Source: Acidobacteriota bacterium (GTDB taxonomy: Bacteria; Acidobacteriota; UBA6911; RPQK01; JAJDTT01). From it: 64,000 nt of DNA. A model generated the notes under the pieces. The model was not told the origin of the DNA. It made no database searches and saw only the letters and a list, made by a program, of their open reading frames with translations. Position numbers and translations under genes: made by a program. Of the stretch, positions 10,668 to 20,991 are shown piece by piece. Numbering within the stretch: the first letter of the stretch is position 1; every line of letters begins with the position of its first letter. The stretch covers positions 1,664,001-1,728,000 of the forward strand of contig OZ242374.1 in assembly GCA_965209055.1 (NCBI GenBank). The letters are read 5' to 3'.

Positions 10668-12044
10668 GTGAATCCGGCGGCGAGCATGGGGCAACCCGTC
10701 CAGTCTCCCACCCGAGTCCGTTGGCTGGTCTTCGGCTTGGCGTGCGCCTCGTCGTGGATGCTCTACCTGCACCGGTACACCTGGAATTTCATCGGACCCG
10801 AGTTGGAGCGGACCCATGGCCTCTCCAAGGCGGAGCTGGGCACGCTCTTCTCCTTCTTCATGCCACCCTACGGAATCTTCCAGATTCCCAGCGGGATCCT
10901 GAGCGACCTGGTCGGCCCCCACCTCTTCCTGGGGTTGATCATGATCCTCTGGTCGCTGTCGCTTCCCCTGCATGCCGCAGCCGGCAGCTTCGCATCGCTG
11001 GCCGTGGTCCGGGTTCTCTTCGGCGCCTTCCAGGCGGGCTGCTATCCCAACCTGACCAAGGTCACCCAGGTCTGGTTCCCCCGGAGCCGGCGCACCGTGG
11101 TGCAGGGTTGGGTGGCCACATTCTTCGGCCGGGGCGGCGCGGCCATGTCTCCCATCCTCTTCGGCACCCTGTTCATGGGCTACTGCGGCTTCTCGTGGCA
11201 AACCGCGTTGGTGTTGTTGGGAGGAGGAGGGGTCTTTCTGGGCGTCCTCTTCCTGCACCAGTTTCGCAATTCACCGGAAGTGGACCCCAGGACCAACCAG
11301 GCCGAGCGGGACCTGATCCGGGAGGGATCGCCGAAAACGAAGTCCGGGGGTTCCCGCGTTCTCCCCTGGCGCCGGGCCGCCCGCAATCGCAGCATGCGCT
11401 ATTTCATCCTGGGCCAGATCGCGAGCGCGGCCGCCGACACCATCTACGTTTCCTTCATGGGCGACTATTTCCTGAACGCCAAAGGTGTCGAGATGATCCA
11501 GGCGGGCGTGCTGGTGAGCCTGCCCTTGTGGGGAGGAGCCGTGGGAGGCATGGTGGGAGGTTACTGCAACGACTGGGCGATCCAATGGAGCGGAAGCCGG
11601 CGTTGGGGCCGGAGCGTCATCGGTTTCACCGGCAAGTTCGTGGCCTGCCTGCTGATGCTCGTGACCATCCGCCAGGAGAGCGCGGTGGCGGCCGGGATCT
11701 CCCTGTTCGCGGTCAAATTCTTCACCGACTGGAGCCAACCGACGGTGTGGGGAACCTGCACCGATCTGGGGGGAAGGTATTCGGCGACTCTTTTCGGGAT
11801 CGTCAACACGTCTGCCAGTGCGGGGGGCGTTCTCGCCCCGCCACTGTTCGGTTTGATCCTGGACTACAATACGGCCCGGCTATGGGTGGACGGCGCCTGG
11901 GTCCAGACCACCAATTACAACCCCCTGTTTGTCGTCGTCGCCGCCATGTATCTGGTCAGCGCGGTGACCTGGTTCTTCATCGACTGCACAGAATCCGTGG
12001 AAAGCGAGCTCGAGCCGGACCAGAAGGCCACACCGCCAAGATAG
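10668..12044 (+). CDS. MFS transporter (anion:cation symporter-like)
   Basis: about 12 hydrophobic segments, RVRWLV start, FQIPSG.LSD motif. Confidence 0.88.
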   Translation: MNPAASMGQPVQSPTRVRWLVFGLACASSWMLYLHRYTWNFIGPELERTHGLSKAELGTLFSFFMPPYGIFQIPSGILSDLVGPHLFLGLIMILWSLSLPLHAAAGSFASLAVVRVLFGAFQAGCYPNLTKVTQVWFPRSRRTVVQGWVATFFGRGGAAMSPILFGTLFMGYCGFSWQTALVLLGGGGVFLGVLFLHQFRNSPEVDPRTNQAERDLIREGSPKTKSGGSRVLPWRRAARNRSMRYFILGQIASAAADTIYVSFMGDYFLNAKGVEMIQAGVLVSLPLWGGAVGGMVGGYCNDWAIQWSGSRRWGRSVIGFTGKFVACLLMLVTIRQESAVAAGISLFAVKFFTDWSQPTVWGTCTDLGGRYSATLFGIVNTSASAGGVLAPPLFGLILDYNTARLWVDGAWVQTTNYNPLFVVVAAMYLVSAVTWFFIDCTESVESELEPDQKATPPR

Positions 12045-12054
12045 AGGGGGGCGG

Positions 12055-13035
12055 TCAGAGCTCGGCCCAGATCCCGAATTCTTCCTCGGCGGCCAGATCG
12101 TAGATGCGGCGGGCGACGGCCGCGTCCTGGATGGCCATTCCGGTCCCGTCGAAGAGGGTGATCTCGTCGTCGGACGTGCGGCCCTCAACGGTGCCGTTGA
12201 TCACCTGGCCCAGAGTTCCCCGAATGTCGTCCCGGTCGATGTGGCCTTTTTCCAGCGGCTCCGAGACCTCGCCCAGATGGCAGATCTGCTCGATGTGGTC
12301 GCCGAAGATGGTGCATCGCGTATGCACTCCATTGGCCAATTCCTGTTTCCAAGCCTGATCGGCCCCCATGCAGGAGAAGTGCATCCCAGGCCGTAACCAG
12401 TCCTTCTGAACGATAGGGACGGTGGTATTGGTGCAGGTGATGATGACGTCGCTGTTCACGACCAGATCCTGCGGGAGGCGGACCGGCTCCACCGGTCGGC
12501 CAAGTTCCTCGGAGAGCTCGGCAACGTAGCTTTCCAGGGCTTTGGGAAAGGAGTCGTAGACCCGGATCTCCTCAAAGGACCGGACCTGGACGGCGGCTCT
12601 GAGGGCGTGCCTCCCCTGATATCCGGCTCCCAGGATTCCCAGCGTCCGAACGTCGGTCCGGGCCAGGTGCTTGACGGCCACCGCCGCCGAGGCTCCGGTT
12701 CTGAGCCCGGTCACCCAGGAACCGTCCATCAGGGCCAGAGGCTTTCCAGTGTCGGGATCGAACAGCGAGATCTGCGAGAGAATGTTGGGCAGATTCCGCT
12801 TGGGATTCTCCTCCCGGCCCTGTCCCAGCTTCATGGCCAGCACGTCCAGGTCCGGGAGCATGCTGGCCATGCAGGCGCTGATGCCGCCCGGGACCTGGAA
12901 GATGAGTTTTTTGGGAAGGATGTCGTTTCCCTTCTCATGATTGGCGAAGGCCTGCTCGACCATGTCGATGGCCTCTTGGATGCTGAATCGTGTGATGATC
13001 TCCTTCTGGCTGATGATCAGAATCGGGTAAGCCAC
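12055..13035 (-). CDS. ornithine cyclodeaminase / mu-crystallin family imine reductase
   Basis: TGLRTGA, GILGAGYQG, FDGTGMAIQD; GTG start with AGGAGG RBS. Confidence 0.88.
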   Translation of the reverse strand: MAYPILIISQKEIITRFSIQEAIDMVEQAFANHEKGNDILPKKLIFQVPGGISACMASMLPDLDVLAMKLGQGREENPKRNLPNILSQISLFDPDTGKPLALMDGSWVTGLRTGASAAVAVKHLARTDVRTLGILGAGYQGRHALRAAVQVRSFEEIRVYDSFPKALESYVAELSEELGRPVEPVRLPQDLVVNSDVIITCTNTTVPIVQKDWLRPGMHFSCMGADQAWKQELANGVHTRCTIFGDHIEQICHLGEVSEPLEKGHIDRDDIRGTLGQVINGTVEGRTSDDEITLFDGTGMAIQDAAVARRIYDLAAEEEFGIWAEL

Positions 13036-14168
13036 TGTCGTATCCTCCTGAGTCCCTCCCGGATGGTGTCCGGACCCACGGCGTATGAGATTCGAAAAGC
13101 CCGGCGGCAAGAATCGCCGAAGCCGGTTCCGGGAATGCAACAGACTCGCGCCTCCTCCAGGAGGCGCAGGCAAAACGTATCCGCATCCAGGTCCAGATCG
13201 TACCTGGGAAAGATGTAGAAGGCCCCTCCGGGCGTGTAACTGGAGAGATGCGGGATGTCTCGAAGCAGATCCAGGGCCAGATTGCGCCGCTCCCGGTACT
13301 CGGAAACCATGGGGGAGATGAAGCTCTGATCTCCGGTCAGAGCCTCGATTCCGGCCCACTGGCCCGGCGTGTTGGCCACGGTTGTGGTAAAGGTGTGGAG
13401 CTTCTGCAGGAGCCGCCAATTGGAATGTCCCGTCACCACCCAGCCGACCCGAATGCCGGTCATGGCGTAGGTCTTGGACAGGCTGTGGAACACGAACAGA
13501 CGGTTCCGGTCGGGCTCCAGCGTGAGCATGGACGGGTAGTTTCCCTCGTGGTCGTAAACCAACTGCTCATAGACTTCGTCGGAACCCAGCAGCAGGCCAT
13601 GCCTCCGCGCCACCGCGGCCAGCTCCCGGAGTACCTCCACCGGATAAGTCGACCCGGTCGGATTGCAGGGGGAGTTGACCAGGATCATCCTGGTTCGGGG
13701 AGTGACGGCGGCTTCGACCGCACTGGGATCCGGTATATATCCGTCTTCGACTCGGGTCACCACGGAGACGGGCACCCCTCCGATCATTTCAATGAACGGA
13801 GCGTAGACAACGAAAGCGGGTTCCAGCAGGATGACTTCGTCGCCGGGACTGATGAAGGCCTGCAGCGTCAGGGTGATGGCCTCCACGGCGCCGTCGGTGA
13901 CCAGGATCTCTTCGGGATGGACTTGAACGCCCTGAGTTCTCTCATAGTAGCCGCCGATGGCCTCCCGGAATTCGGGAACGCCCGAGTCCAGCGCGTAGCG
14001 GGTCTTCCCATCGTGAAGGGCCTGCACCATGGCGTCGATGACCGGACCGGGAGTCGAGAAATCGGGTTGCCCGATGGAGAGATGAACCACGTCTTCCTTC
14101 CCCGCAGCCTCGTTGAACATCATGCGGATACTGGAGGGCGGAAGATCGACGACACTTCTTCTTGGCAT
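13017..14168 (-). CDS. PLP-dependent aminotransferase class I/II
   Basis: NSPCNPTG, SDEVYE, SLSKTYAMTGIRVGW. Confidence 0.92.
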   Translation of the reverse strand: MPRRSVVDLPPSSIRMMFNEAAGKEDVVHLSIGQPDFSTPGPVIDAMVQALHDGKTRYALDSGVPEFREAIGGYYERTQGVQVHPEEILVTDGAVEAITLTLQAFISPGDEVILLEPAFVVYAPFIEMIGGVPVSVVTRVEDGYIPDPSAVEAAVTPRTRMILVNSPCNPTGSTYPVEVLRELAAVARRHGLLLGSDEVYEQLVYDHEGNYPSMLTLEPDRNRLFVFHSLSKTYAMTGIRVGWVVTGHSNWRLLQKLHTFTTTVANTPGQWAGIEALTGDQSFISPMVSEYRERRNLALDLLRDIPHLSSYTPGGAFYIFPRYDLDLDADTFCLRLLEEARVCCIPGTGFGDSCRRAFRISYAVGPDTIREGLRRIRQWLTRF

Positions 14169-14219
14169 GGGAGCGGTCGCTTAAACTAGACTGGAGTGGG
14201 TTTCCAGGGACGAAATTTT

Positions 14220-16103
14220 ATGTTCCGAGGCACCGGATATCAAGTACGGGCAAGGCCGGGACCGCGGCGCCGGGACTTTCTCGCGCGGTGGTTGGTTCTC
14301 GGCCTTCTGGCGTCCAACACCCTCGCCGCCGGCCAGGACCAGGAGCTCAATGCGGCCCTGATCGGGGCCGCCGTGGAAGGCCGCACCGATCAGGTCGCGG
14401 CCTTGCTGGACCGGGGCGCCAGCGTTTTGGTCCGGGATCCGGATGGGTTGAATCCGCTCATGTACGCCGCCATGGGCGGGAATGAACAGACCGTCCTCCT
14501 GCTTCTCTCCCGGGGTTCGGAACTGGAAGCCAGGACCCGGGACGGCGCCACCGCTTTGATGATCGGTTCCGGCTCCGGTCACGAGGGCGCGGTTCGAGCC
14601 CTGCTGGAGGCGGGAGCGGATCTGCGCGCCACCGACGCCAGTGGGCATACGGCTTTGGTCTGGGGAGTCCTGGGAGGAAGCGCGGGAGTGGTCCGGACCC
14701 TGATTGCGGCCGGGGCCGGACCCGACGCGGGGGACAAGACGGGCTGGACCGTCCTGATGCGGGCTTCATCCCAGGGCGATCTCCCTGTGGTGGAGGCGCT
14801 GCTCGAAGGAGGTGCCAAGGTCGGGACCCGCAGCCGTGACAACTGGACGGCTCTCGCCCTGGCTCTGTTCGAGGGCCACGGACGAACGGCCGCCCTGCTG
14901 GTCCGCCACGGTGCGGACGTCGATGAGGTGGACGTCAACGGCATACCGCTCCTGATGCATGCGGCGTCGGGGGGGAAGACCGAAGCGGCTCGATTCCTGC
15001 TGGCTCACGGCGCCGCCGCGAGTTTCCGGGACAAGGAGGGCAACGGGGCCTTGGCGGCGGCGGCGTATCATGGATTCGCCCCCATCGCCGAGGCTCTGAT
15101 CCGGGCGGGGGCCGCCGTGGACAGCAGCGACAGCCAGGGCCGGACTCCTTTGATTCAGGCGGCTTCCCAGGGAAAGACGGATGTGGTCAAGGTGCTGCTC
15201 GACGCCGGCGCGGATCCGCGCATCAGGTCCAATCGGGGCCAGACGGCTCTGGACCTGGCGGTCTGGTACGACCACACGAAGGTCATCGAGGCGCTGCTTC
15301 CGGCCGGGGAAGGGGTCGATACTCCCGACGAAGCGGGCCGCACCCTGCTGGTTCATGCCGCTTTGGAAGGCAACGAAGCGACGGTCAAGGTCCTGCTGGC
15401 CAGGGGGGCCGATCCAAACCGGCCGGACCGGGAGGGGAGGACGCCGCTCATCTACGCCGCCCTCCATGGTCACGCCGAAGTGGCCCGGCAGCTTATCGAC
15501 GGCGGCGCCCGGCTCGACTCCCGGAGCAACGAGGGTTGGACGGCCCTGGGTCTGGCGCTGAGCCAGGACCGCGTCGCCATCATCGACGCTCTCCTGGCGG
15601 CGGGTGTGGACGTGAATTCGGTAGCCCCCGGCGGCCAGTCGTTCCTGGGAATGGCCTCCTACCGGGGGCGAATCGAGTCGGTGCGGAAACTGTTGAAACG
15701 CGGCGCCCGCGTGGGAACACGGGGCGCCGGGGGGCAGACTGCATTGGCTTTCGCGGCGTATCAGGGATTCCCGGAGATCGTCCGGCTGCTGTTGGACCGG
15801 GGAGCGGCTCCGGACGTTCAGGACGACTCCGGCCGGACTCCTTTGATGCAAGCCGCCTGGAACGGTCACGCCGAAGTGGCGGAACTGCTGCTGGACCGGA
15901 AGGCCGGGATCGATCTTCAGGACCGTGAGGGCGTCACCGCCCTGGCCCTCGCGGCGTCACGAGGGCAGACGGATCTTGTCCGGCTGCTGTTGAGCCGCGG
16001 CGCGGATGCCGGCATCCGGAACCACCAGGGAAGGACTCCCCTCATGCTGGCTCAAGCGGAAGGCCGAAAGGTCACGGCCAGATTGCTCCAGGAGCAGCAG
16101 TAG
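14220..16103 (+). CDS. secreted ankyrin-repeat protein
   Basis: many tandem G.T(P/A)L..A...G...V.LL..GA units of about 33 aa after a signal-like N-terminus; start uncertain. Confidence 0.9.
   Translation: MFRGTGYQVRARPGPRRRDFLARWLVLGLLASNTLAAGQDQELNAALIGAAVEGRTDQVAALLDRGASVLVRDPDGLNPLMYAAMGGNEQTVLLLLSRGSELEARTRDGATALMIGSGSGHEGAVRALLEAGADLRATDASGHTALVWGVLGGSAGVVRTLIAAGAGPDAGDKTGWTVLMRASSQGDLPVVEALLEGGAKVGTRSRDNWTALALALFEGHGRTAALLVRHGADVDEVDVNGIPLLMHAASGGKTEAARFLLAHGAAASFRDKEGNGALAAAAYHGFAPIAEALIRAGAAVDSSDSQGRTPLIQAASQGKTDVVKVLLDAGADPRIRSNRGQTALDLAVWYDHTKVIEALLPAGEGVDTPDEAGRTLLVHAALEGNEATVKVLLARGADPNRPDREGRTPLIYAALHGHAEVARQLIDGGARLDSRSNEGWTALGLALSQDRVAIIDALLAAGVDVNSVAPGGQSFLGMASYRGRIESVRKLLKRGARVGTRGAGGQTALAFAAYQGFPEIVRLLLDRGAAPDVQDDSGRTPLMQAAWNGHAEVAELLLDRKAGIDLQDREGVTALALAASRGQTDLVRLLLSRGADAGIRNHQGRTPLMLAQAEGRKVTARLLQEQQ
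16038..16103 (+). repeat. 66-bp direct repeat, copy 1 (3' end of ankyrin gene)
   Basis: 63/66 identical to 16819-16884. Confidence 0.92.
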
Positions 16104-16221
16104 TCCGGAGGCCCCAACCACAAACCTCCATTCTCCGGAAGGAACCTATGCCAAGCCGGGCCCTCTCATTTCCGAGACCGCTTCTTTTGTCCTGCTTGAC
16201 GTGATAGCGGTCGATAACCAC

Positions 16222-16241
16222 TTTTCTGTATAATCAGAAAA
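16222..16241 (+). promoter_or_regulatory. operator inverted repeat around -10 box of TA operon
   Basis: TTTTCTG-TATAAT-CAGAAAA. Confidence 0.65.
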
Positions 16242-16260
16242 TCAGTCAGGTGTACCAACA

Positions 16261-16485
16261 ATGGACCTTGCCAAGATCACCGCACGCGGACAGACGACGA
16301 TCCCGAAGCGTATTCGGGAGGCGGCCAACCTCGGCGAGGGTGATGTGCTCTCTTTCGAGATCGAGGACGATCATCTGATAGTACACAAGGTGACGCCGGG
16401 TCAGGACACCTACCTGCGGGGCCTCTTCGAAATTTTGAGCGAATGGATCTCCCCCGAGGATGAGGAAGCATGGCGTGACCTTTGA
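16261..16485 (+). CDS. AbrB/MazE-type antitoxin
   Basis: AKITARGQTTIPKRIRE SpoVT/AbrB fold; acidic tail EDEEAWRDL. Confidence 0.9.
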   Translation: MDLAKITARGQTTIPKRIREAANLGEGDVLSFEIEDDHLIVHKVTPGQDTYLRGLFEILSEWISPEDEEAWRDL

Positions 16486-16810
16486 GTCGCTCGACGTGGT
16501 CGTCGTCCCCTTTCCCTTTACGGATCGTTGGGCCGCAAAGCGGCGGCCCGCCTTGATCGTCTCATCGGCAAACTTCAATCGGAATCATGAACAGTCGATC
16601 CTGTCCATGATCACCTCGGCTGGGAGCAATTGGCCGAGCGACGTGGCAATCCAGGACTGGCGGGAAGCAGGCCTCAACGTGCCCTGCAAAATCCGTTTCA
16701 AGCTCTTCACGCTCGATGACAATCTGGTCGTTCGCAAACTCGGGAGGTTGTCGGAACAAGATGGCGAAGCAGTGAAGAAAGCACTGGGAGATGTCCTGAC
16801 GCAATCCTGA
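16475..16810 (+). CDS. PemK/MazF family toxin
   Basis: DVVVVPFPFTD..AKRRPALIVS, SMITS; overlaps antitoxin stop. Confidence 0.9.
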   Translation: MTFESLDVVVVPFPFTDRWAAKRRPALIVSSANFNRNHEQSILSMITSAGSNWPSDVAIQDWREAGLNVPCKIRFKLFTLDDNLVVRKLGRLSEQDGEAVKKALGDVLTQS

Positions 16811-16818
16811 TCACCGTG

Positions 16819-16884
16819 CCCCTCATGCTGGCTCAAGAGGAAGGCCGAAAGGTCACGGCCAGATTGCTCCAGGAGCGGGAGTAG
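16819..16884 (+). repeat. 66-bp direct repeat, copy 2
   Basis: duplicate of ankyrin gene 3' end including stop codon. Confidence 0.92.
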
Positions 16885-16924
16885 GCGCCGTCCCGGCTGC
16901 TTCGGTCGAAACCGACGGGCCCGG

Positions 16925-18433
16925 CTAGTTTGGCCCCGGTCGGGAAGAGGCTTTTTCCATCAGGTACTCCAGCACCAGGGTGAGGTCCCGGGGCGCGACG
17001 CTCATCCCCTTCTCGAACATGTACTCTTCCATCTTCCGGGTCACGCCGGGCCAATCCTCCCGGCCGTAGGCATCGGGGTGCGGCCGGGCATGGCAACCGG
17101 TGCAGGCCCTCTCCACCGCCCTGGCTCCGGGAGAGTCGTCCAGTACGGCGGCCGGCGCGGGACGGTGTTTCAGGGAGAGGGAAGGGACGGCAAACTCCGC
17201 ATCGTCACTGGAGATCCTGTCCCGGTAGTGGATCAGGGTCAGCGTCAACAGGTAGGTGTTGGCGCCGTCCATGGTGCCCAGCTTGATCCCGGCGGCGGGC
17301 GGCTTGTCCAGTCCCCATAGACTGAGAGCACGGGGCAGCGGCCAAGCCCCGGATTCGCTCTGCGATGCGACGTACCCGTTCACGGCGGCGTCCACATCAG
17401 GCGACCTGCGGCCGGCGGTCATGAGCGCCCGCACCATGAGGCTGCGGAAGCCCGGGAACTCCGTCAGCGCGAAATGCGACTTCCAGCCGCCGCCGATGGT
17501 CGTCTCCATGAGTTGAATACACCGCTGGTAGGCCAGGTCGGGCTCCAGATCGAAGTCGTGGGTCAGGAAGACGTACCAGGCCAGTCCTATGTAGTCGGCG
17601 GCGATCATGGGCGGCTGCAGGGCCAGAAGCCGGTTTGCCAGTCCCCGGCGGAGATCGGTCAAACGAGCGTCCGTGGAGGGGAACCCGGCTTGCAATAGCG
17701 CGTAGAGCAGCTTGGCGCTGTTCTCCATGTCGGGCACCGGGCTGCCGTGCTCCCAGCCGTGCTTTCCGGTGAGCGAGTTCCGGGCGTTGCCCAGGGTCTG
17801 GATAATGTTGCCCGATTGCATGATGGTGAAGACCCGCTCGGAGACGGGCAGAGAGCTGGGGGGCAGATACGGAAGGGAGAGGGGCGACCTGAGCGCCCAG
17901 TCGTACGCCTTCCGGACCAGGGCAGAGCGGCCCAGGTTGGCCAGCGCGATCATTCCCTTGGGATGGAGGCAACCCTCGTGGGACCAGAGCCAGCTCCCGG
18001 TCCGGCCATCGAATTCCTCCACGAACCAGTTCCTGACCTTTAGGAAGAGATCGCTCTCCGGGTCGACGCCGAAGTCCTGGTAGTACATGAGGAAATGGGT
18101 CAGCAGGTAGAGTTGGTAGGCCACGTAGGCCTTGGGCCCGTAGCGTTTGACGGCGCCTTCGGCGTCCTTGTAGTCGACGTAGCCGCCGTTGGAGACGGCC
18201 GCGTAGGAAGGCTCGACGAAATCCCGGATGAAGGACCGGGTCCCCCGCGTGATGGCTCGATCCAGATCCTCGCGGGCCGGCTGTCCCGGCGCCGGCGGCG
18301 AAGGGATCTCGTCCGGGGCGGGCAGCGCACCGGAACTCTTGATCTGCGCTGCCGTCAGGTTCGGCAGTGTCAGCAACAGGACAACCGCTGCCCACGTCAG
18401 CCTTGCTGGAAAGATTTTGATATGGACGCGCAT
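16925..18433 (-). CDS. exported hypothetical protein with helical (prenyltransferase-like) body and C-terminal c-type heme domain
   Basis: signal peptide, QSESGAW QW-like motif, CTGCH heme motif with distal Met. Confidence 0.65.
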   Translation of the reverse strand: MRVHIKIFPARLTWAAVVLLLTLPNLTAAQIKSSGALPAPDEIPSPPAPGQPAREDLDRAITRGTRSFIRDFVEPSYAAVSNGGYVDYKDAEGAVKRYGPKAYVAYQLYLLTHFLMYYQDFGVDPESDLFLKVRNWFVEEFDGRTGSWLWSHEGCLHPKGMIALANLGRSALVRKAYDWALRSPLSLPYLPPSSLPVSERVFTIMQSGNIIQTLGNARNSLTGKHGWEHGSPVPDMENSAKLLYALLQAGFPSTDARLTDLRRGLANRLLALQPPMIAADYIGLAWYVFLTHDFDLEPDLAYQRCIQLMETTIGGGWKSHFALTEFPGFRSLMVRALMTAGRRSPDVDAAVNGYVASQSESGAWPLPRALSLWGLDKPPAAGIKLGTMDGANTYLLTLTLIHYRDRISSDDAEFAVPSLSLKHRPAPAAVLDDSPGARAVERACTGCHARPHPDAYGREDWPGVTRKMEEYMFEKGMSVAPRDLTLVLEYLMEKASSRPGPN

Positions 18434-18506
18434 GTTGCGGAGTGCTCAGGCGCAGTCTAGCATATCAAAATTCGGCGGAAGTTCAGTTAGCGGAAAGGTT
18501 TCAGGA

Positions 18507-20114
18507 ATGACAGATACGACGCCGCAGAACTCGTCTCCCGACTCGGGCGCCGGGAGCTTCCGGGCGCCCCATCCCGGGTCCAAGGAGATGCCGCGATGGC
18601 AGACCGGCAAGCTGGTGAATGCGCCCGTTTTCACGAGACGAAACTGGTTCCAGTTGCTGGGTCCCGGCCTGATCCTGGGAGGAGGCGCCATCGGCGGGGG
18701 CGAATGGCTGATGGGTCCCGCCGTCACGGCCAAGTACGGCGGCGCTCTCATGTGGCTCGCCACCCTGAGCATCATGAGCCAGGTTCTCTACAACATCGAG
18801 ATCAGCCGCTACACCCTCTACACGGGGGAACCGATCTTCACCGGCAAGTTCCGCACCCTGCCTGGACCCAGATTCTGGCTCATCGCCTACATATTTCTGG
18901 ATTTCGGAGCCGTCTTCCCCTATCTGGCGGCCAACGCGGCCACCCCGCTGGCCGCCGTCCTCCTGGGGGGAGTCCTTCCGGACCCCCTGAACAACGACGC
19001 CCACTGGTGGCTCCTGAGGATCCTGGGCTATCTGATTTTTCTGGGGGCCCTGGTGCCGCTGCTCATCGGCGGCAAGATCTACAACTCGCTCCGGGCGGTG
19101 ATGACCTTCAAGATCGTGGTCGTCCTGGGGTTTCTCTCGATCCTGGGGATCTTCCACTCCAGCCTCTCCACCTGGACCGAGATTTTCGGCGGCTTCCTCA
19201 AGTTCGGTTCGGTGCCCGTCGGCGGGGCCGAGACCGAGAACATCTTCGTCTCGCTGGTGAACAAGGGGACGATGCCCGAGATCGACTTCAGCACCATCGC
19301 CCTCCTGGCGGCATTCGCCGCCATCGCCGGCAGCGGGGGGCTCTCCAATGCTCCCATCAGCAACTACACCAGGGATCAGGGTTGGGGAATGGGCCGTCAC
19401 GTGGGAGCCATCCCCAGCGTCATCGGCGGGCACAACCTGAGCCTGTCCCACGTGGGGATGGTCTTCGAGGTGACGCGCAGTTCCCTGGGGAGATTCCGCC
19501 AATGGTACCGGCATGTGTGCCGTGATCAATTGGCCGTCTGGATGCCCGCCTGTTTTCTGGGCCTGGCCCTGCCCAGCATGCTGAGCGTGCAGTTCCTGCC
19601 CCGGGGCACGGAAGCCAGCAGTTGGGTGGCTGCCGGCATGACGGCGTCCGGCGTACGCGACCACGTGGGGGCGGCCTGGGGTCCGGATGCCGGCGTGCTC
19701 TTCTGGTACCTCACCATGTTCTGCGGTTTTCTGGTCCTGGCTCCCACCATGGCGACCTCGGCCGACGGAGTCATCCGCCGGTGGGTGGACGTTTTCTGGA
19801 CCTCCAGCGCGCGAATGCGCAAGCTGGACCCGAGCCGGATCCGGATCGTCTATTTCAAGGTGCTGGCCGGATACGCCGTTTTCGGCCTCATCATGCTCTC
19901 GGTGGCGCCGCCTCTGGAACTCTTGAAGATCGCCACCAACATCTTCAACTATGCCCTGGGGGTGAGTTGCTTCCACACGCTGGCCGTCAACGTCACCCTG
20001 CTGCCTCCGGAACTGCGCCCCGGCTGGGCCATGCGAATAGGAATGTTCCTGGCCGGATCCTTCTTCACACTGCTGGCAATCGTCACCACGCTGAGCCTGG
20101 TGGGGGTTCTGTGA
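18507..20114 (+). CDS. Nramp-like/APC superfamily membrane transporter
   Basis: LGPGLILGGGAIGGGEW, RYTLYTGE, many TM segments. Confidence 0.8.
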   Translation: MTDTTPQNSSPDSGAGSFRAPHPGSKEMPRWQTGKLVNAPVFTRRNWFQLLGPGLILGGGAIGGGEWLMGPAVTAKYGGALMWLATLSIMSQVLYNIEISRYTLYTGEPIFTGKFRTLPGPRFWLIAYIFLDFGAVFPYLAANAATPLAAVLLGGVLPDPLNNDAHWWLLRILGYLIFLGALVPLLIGGKIYNSLRAVMTFKIVVVLGFLSILGIFHSSLSTWTEIFGGFLKFGSVPVGGAETENIFVSLVNKGTMPEIDFSTIALLAAFAAIAGSGGLSNAPISNYTRDQGWGMGRHVGAIPSVIGGHNLSLSHVGMVFEVTRSSLGRFRQWYRHVCRDQLAVWMPACFLGLALPSMLSVQFLPRGTEASSWVAAGMTASGVRDHVGAAWGPDAGVLFWYLTMFCGFLVLAPTMATSADGVIRRWVDVFWTSSARMRKLDPSRIRIVYFKVLAGYAVFGLIMLSVAPPLELLKIATNIFNYALGVSCFHTLAVNVTLLPPELRPGWAMRIGMFLAGSFFTLLAIVTTLSLVGVL

Positions 20115-20161
20115 CGGGGCCGGCCGCAGTCCTGGCCTCGGTCCGGTGAGTCTCCGGCGCT

Positions 20162-20857
20162 TCAGAACCCGAATTTCTTCAGAAGTTGGGCCGTCTCTTT
20201 CGGTTTCTCCAGAGGAGGCAGATCGGGCCGGCGCATGATCTCGTGCGCCTCCTTCTCGAAGACGACCATCTGTGCCGCCTTCTCGGGGAGGATCCGGAGG
20301 CAACTGGCGGGGATCTTGATGACCCCTTCGTTGTTGGCGTGGATGATGTCTCCCGGGTTCACCCGGATGCCGCCGACCTGAACCGGCTCGTTCACTTCCG
20401 AGACCGTCAGCGCACAGTGATGGATGGTGAGGCCTCGCGAATAGGCGGCGAAGGGAATGCTCATGAGTCCGGGAATGTCTCTGACCCCGCCATTGGTCAC
20501 GAGGGCGCTGCAACCGGCGACGTGGAGCGCCTTGGCCATTCCGTCCCCGAACACGCACTCGTGCTCCGGCCGGGAGCCGACCGCCTCGCACACCCACACC
20601 GCCGGTTCCTCCATCTTGTCGATATGGTCCACCATCTCCCAGAACCCGCTCAGGTCCGGCTTTCTTCCCGGTGTGCTGCTGTCCAGCTTGCAGGTGACGG
20701 CCACTCCCACGCTGGGCCCCAACGAAGGGGTGACCGATTGGATGGAGCCCGACATGTAGAACTCCTCGGGGGGAGTCGGATCGATGAATCCGATGGTGTT
20801 GGCGAGCAGCGCCGTGTCGTATTCGATGAGCCGGTTCAAGGTCTGAATCAGGGACAT
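20162..20857 (-). CDS. RraA/HMG aldolase family protein
   Basis: VFGDGMA, TNGGVRD, VNPGDIIHAN. Confidence 0.85.
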   Translation of the reverse strand: MSLIQTLNRLIEYDTALLANTIGFIDPTPPEEFYMSGSIQSVTPSLGPSVGVAVTCKLDSSTPGRKPDLSGFWEMVDHIDKMEEPAVWVCEAVGSRPEHECVFGDGMAKALHVAGCSALVTNGGVRDIPGLMSIPFAAYSRGLTIHHCALTVSEVNEPVQVGGIRVNPGDIIHANNEGVIKIPASCLRILPEKAAQMVVFEKEAHEIMRRPDLPPLEKPKETAQLLKKFGF

Positions 20858-20991
20858 GTTCTCCTCCGCTGGGAACCTTCGTTTCTCGCGGCCGGTCCGG
20901 TGTAGAATCGGACGGCAACGGGCGAAATGGTCCGACAGCCTATCATGGTCTTTGCCGCGAAATGGAGTTGGAGGACAAACCTGACATCTCG

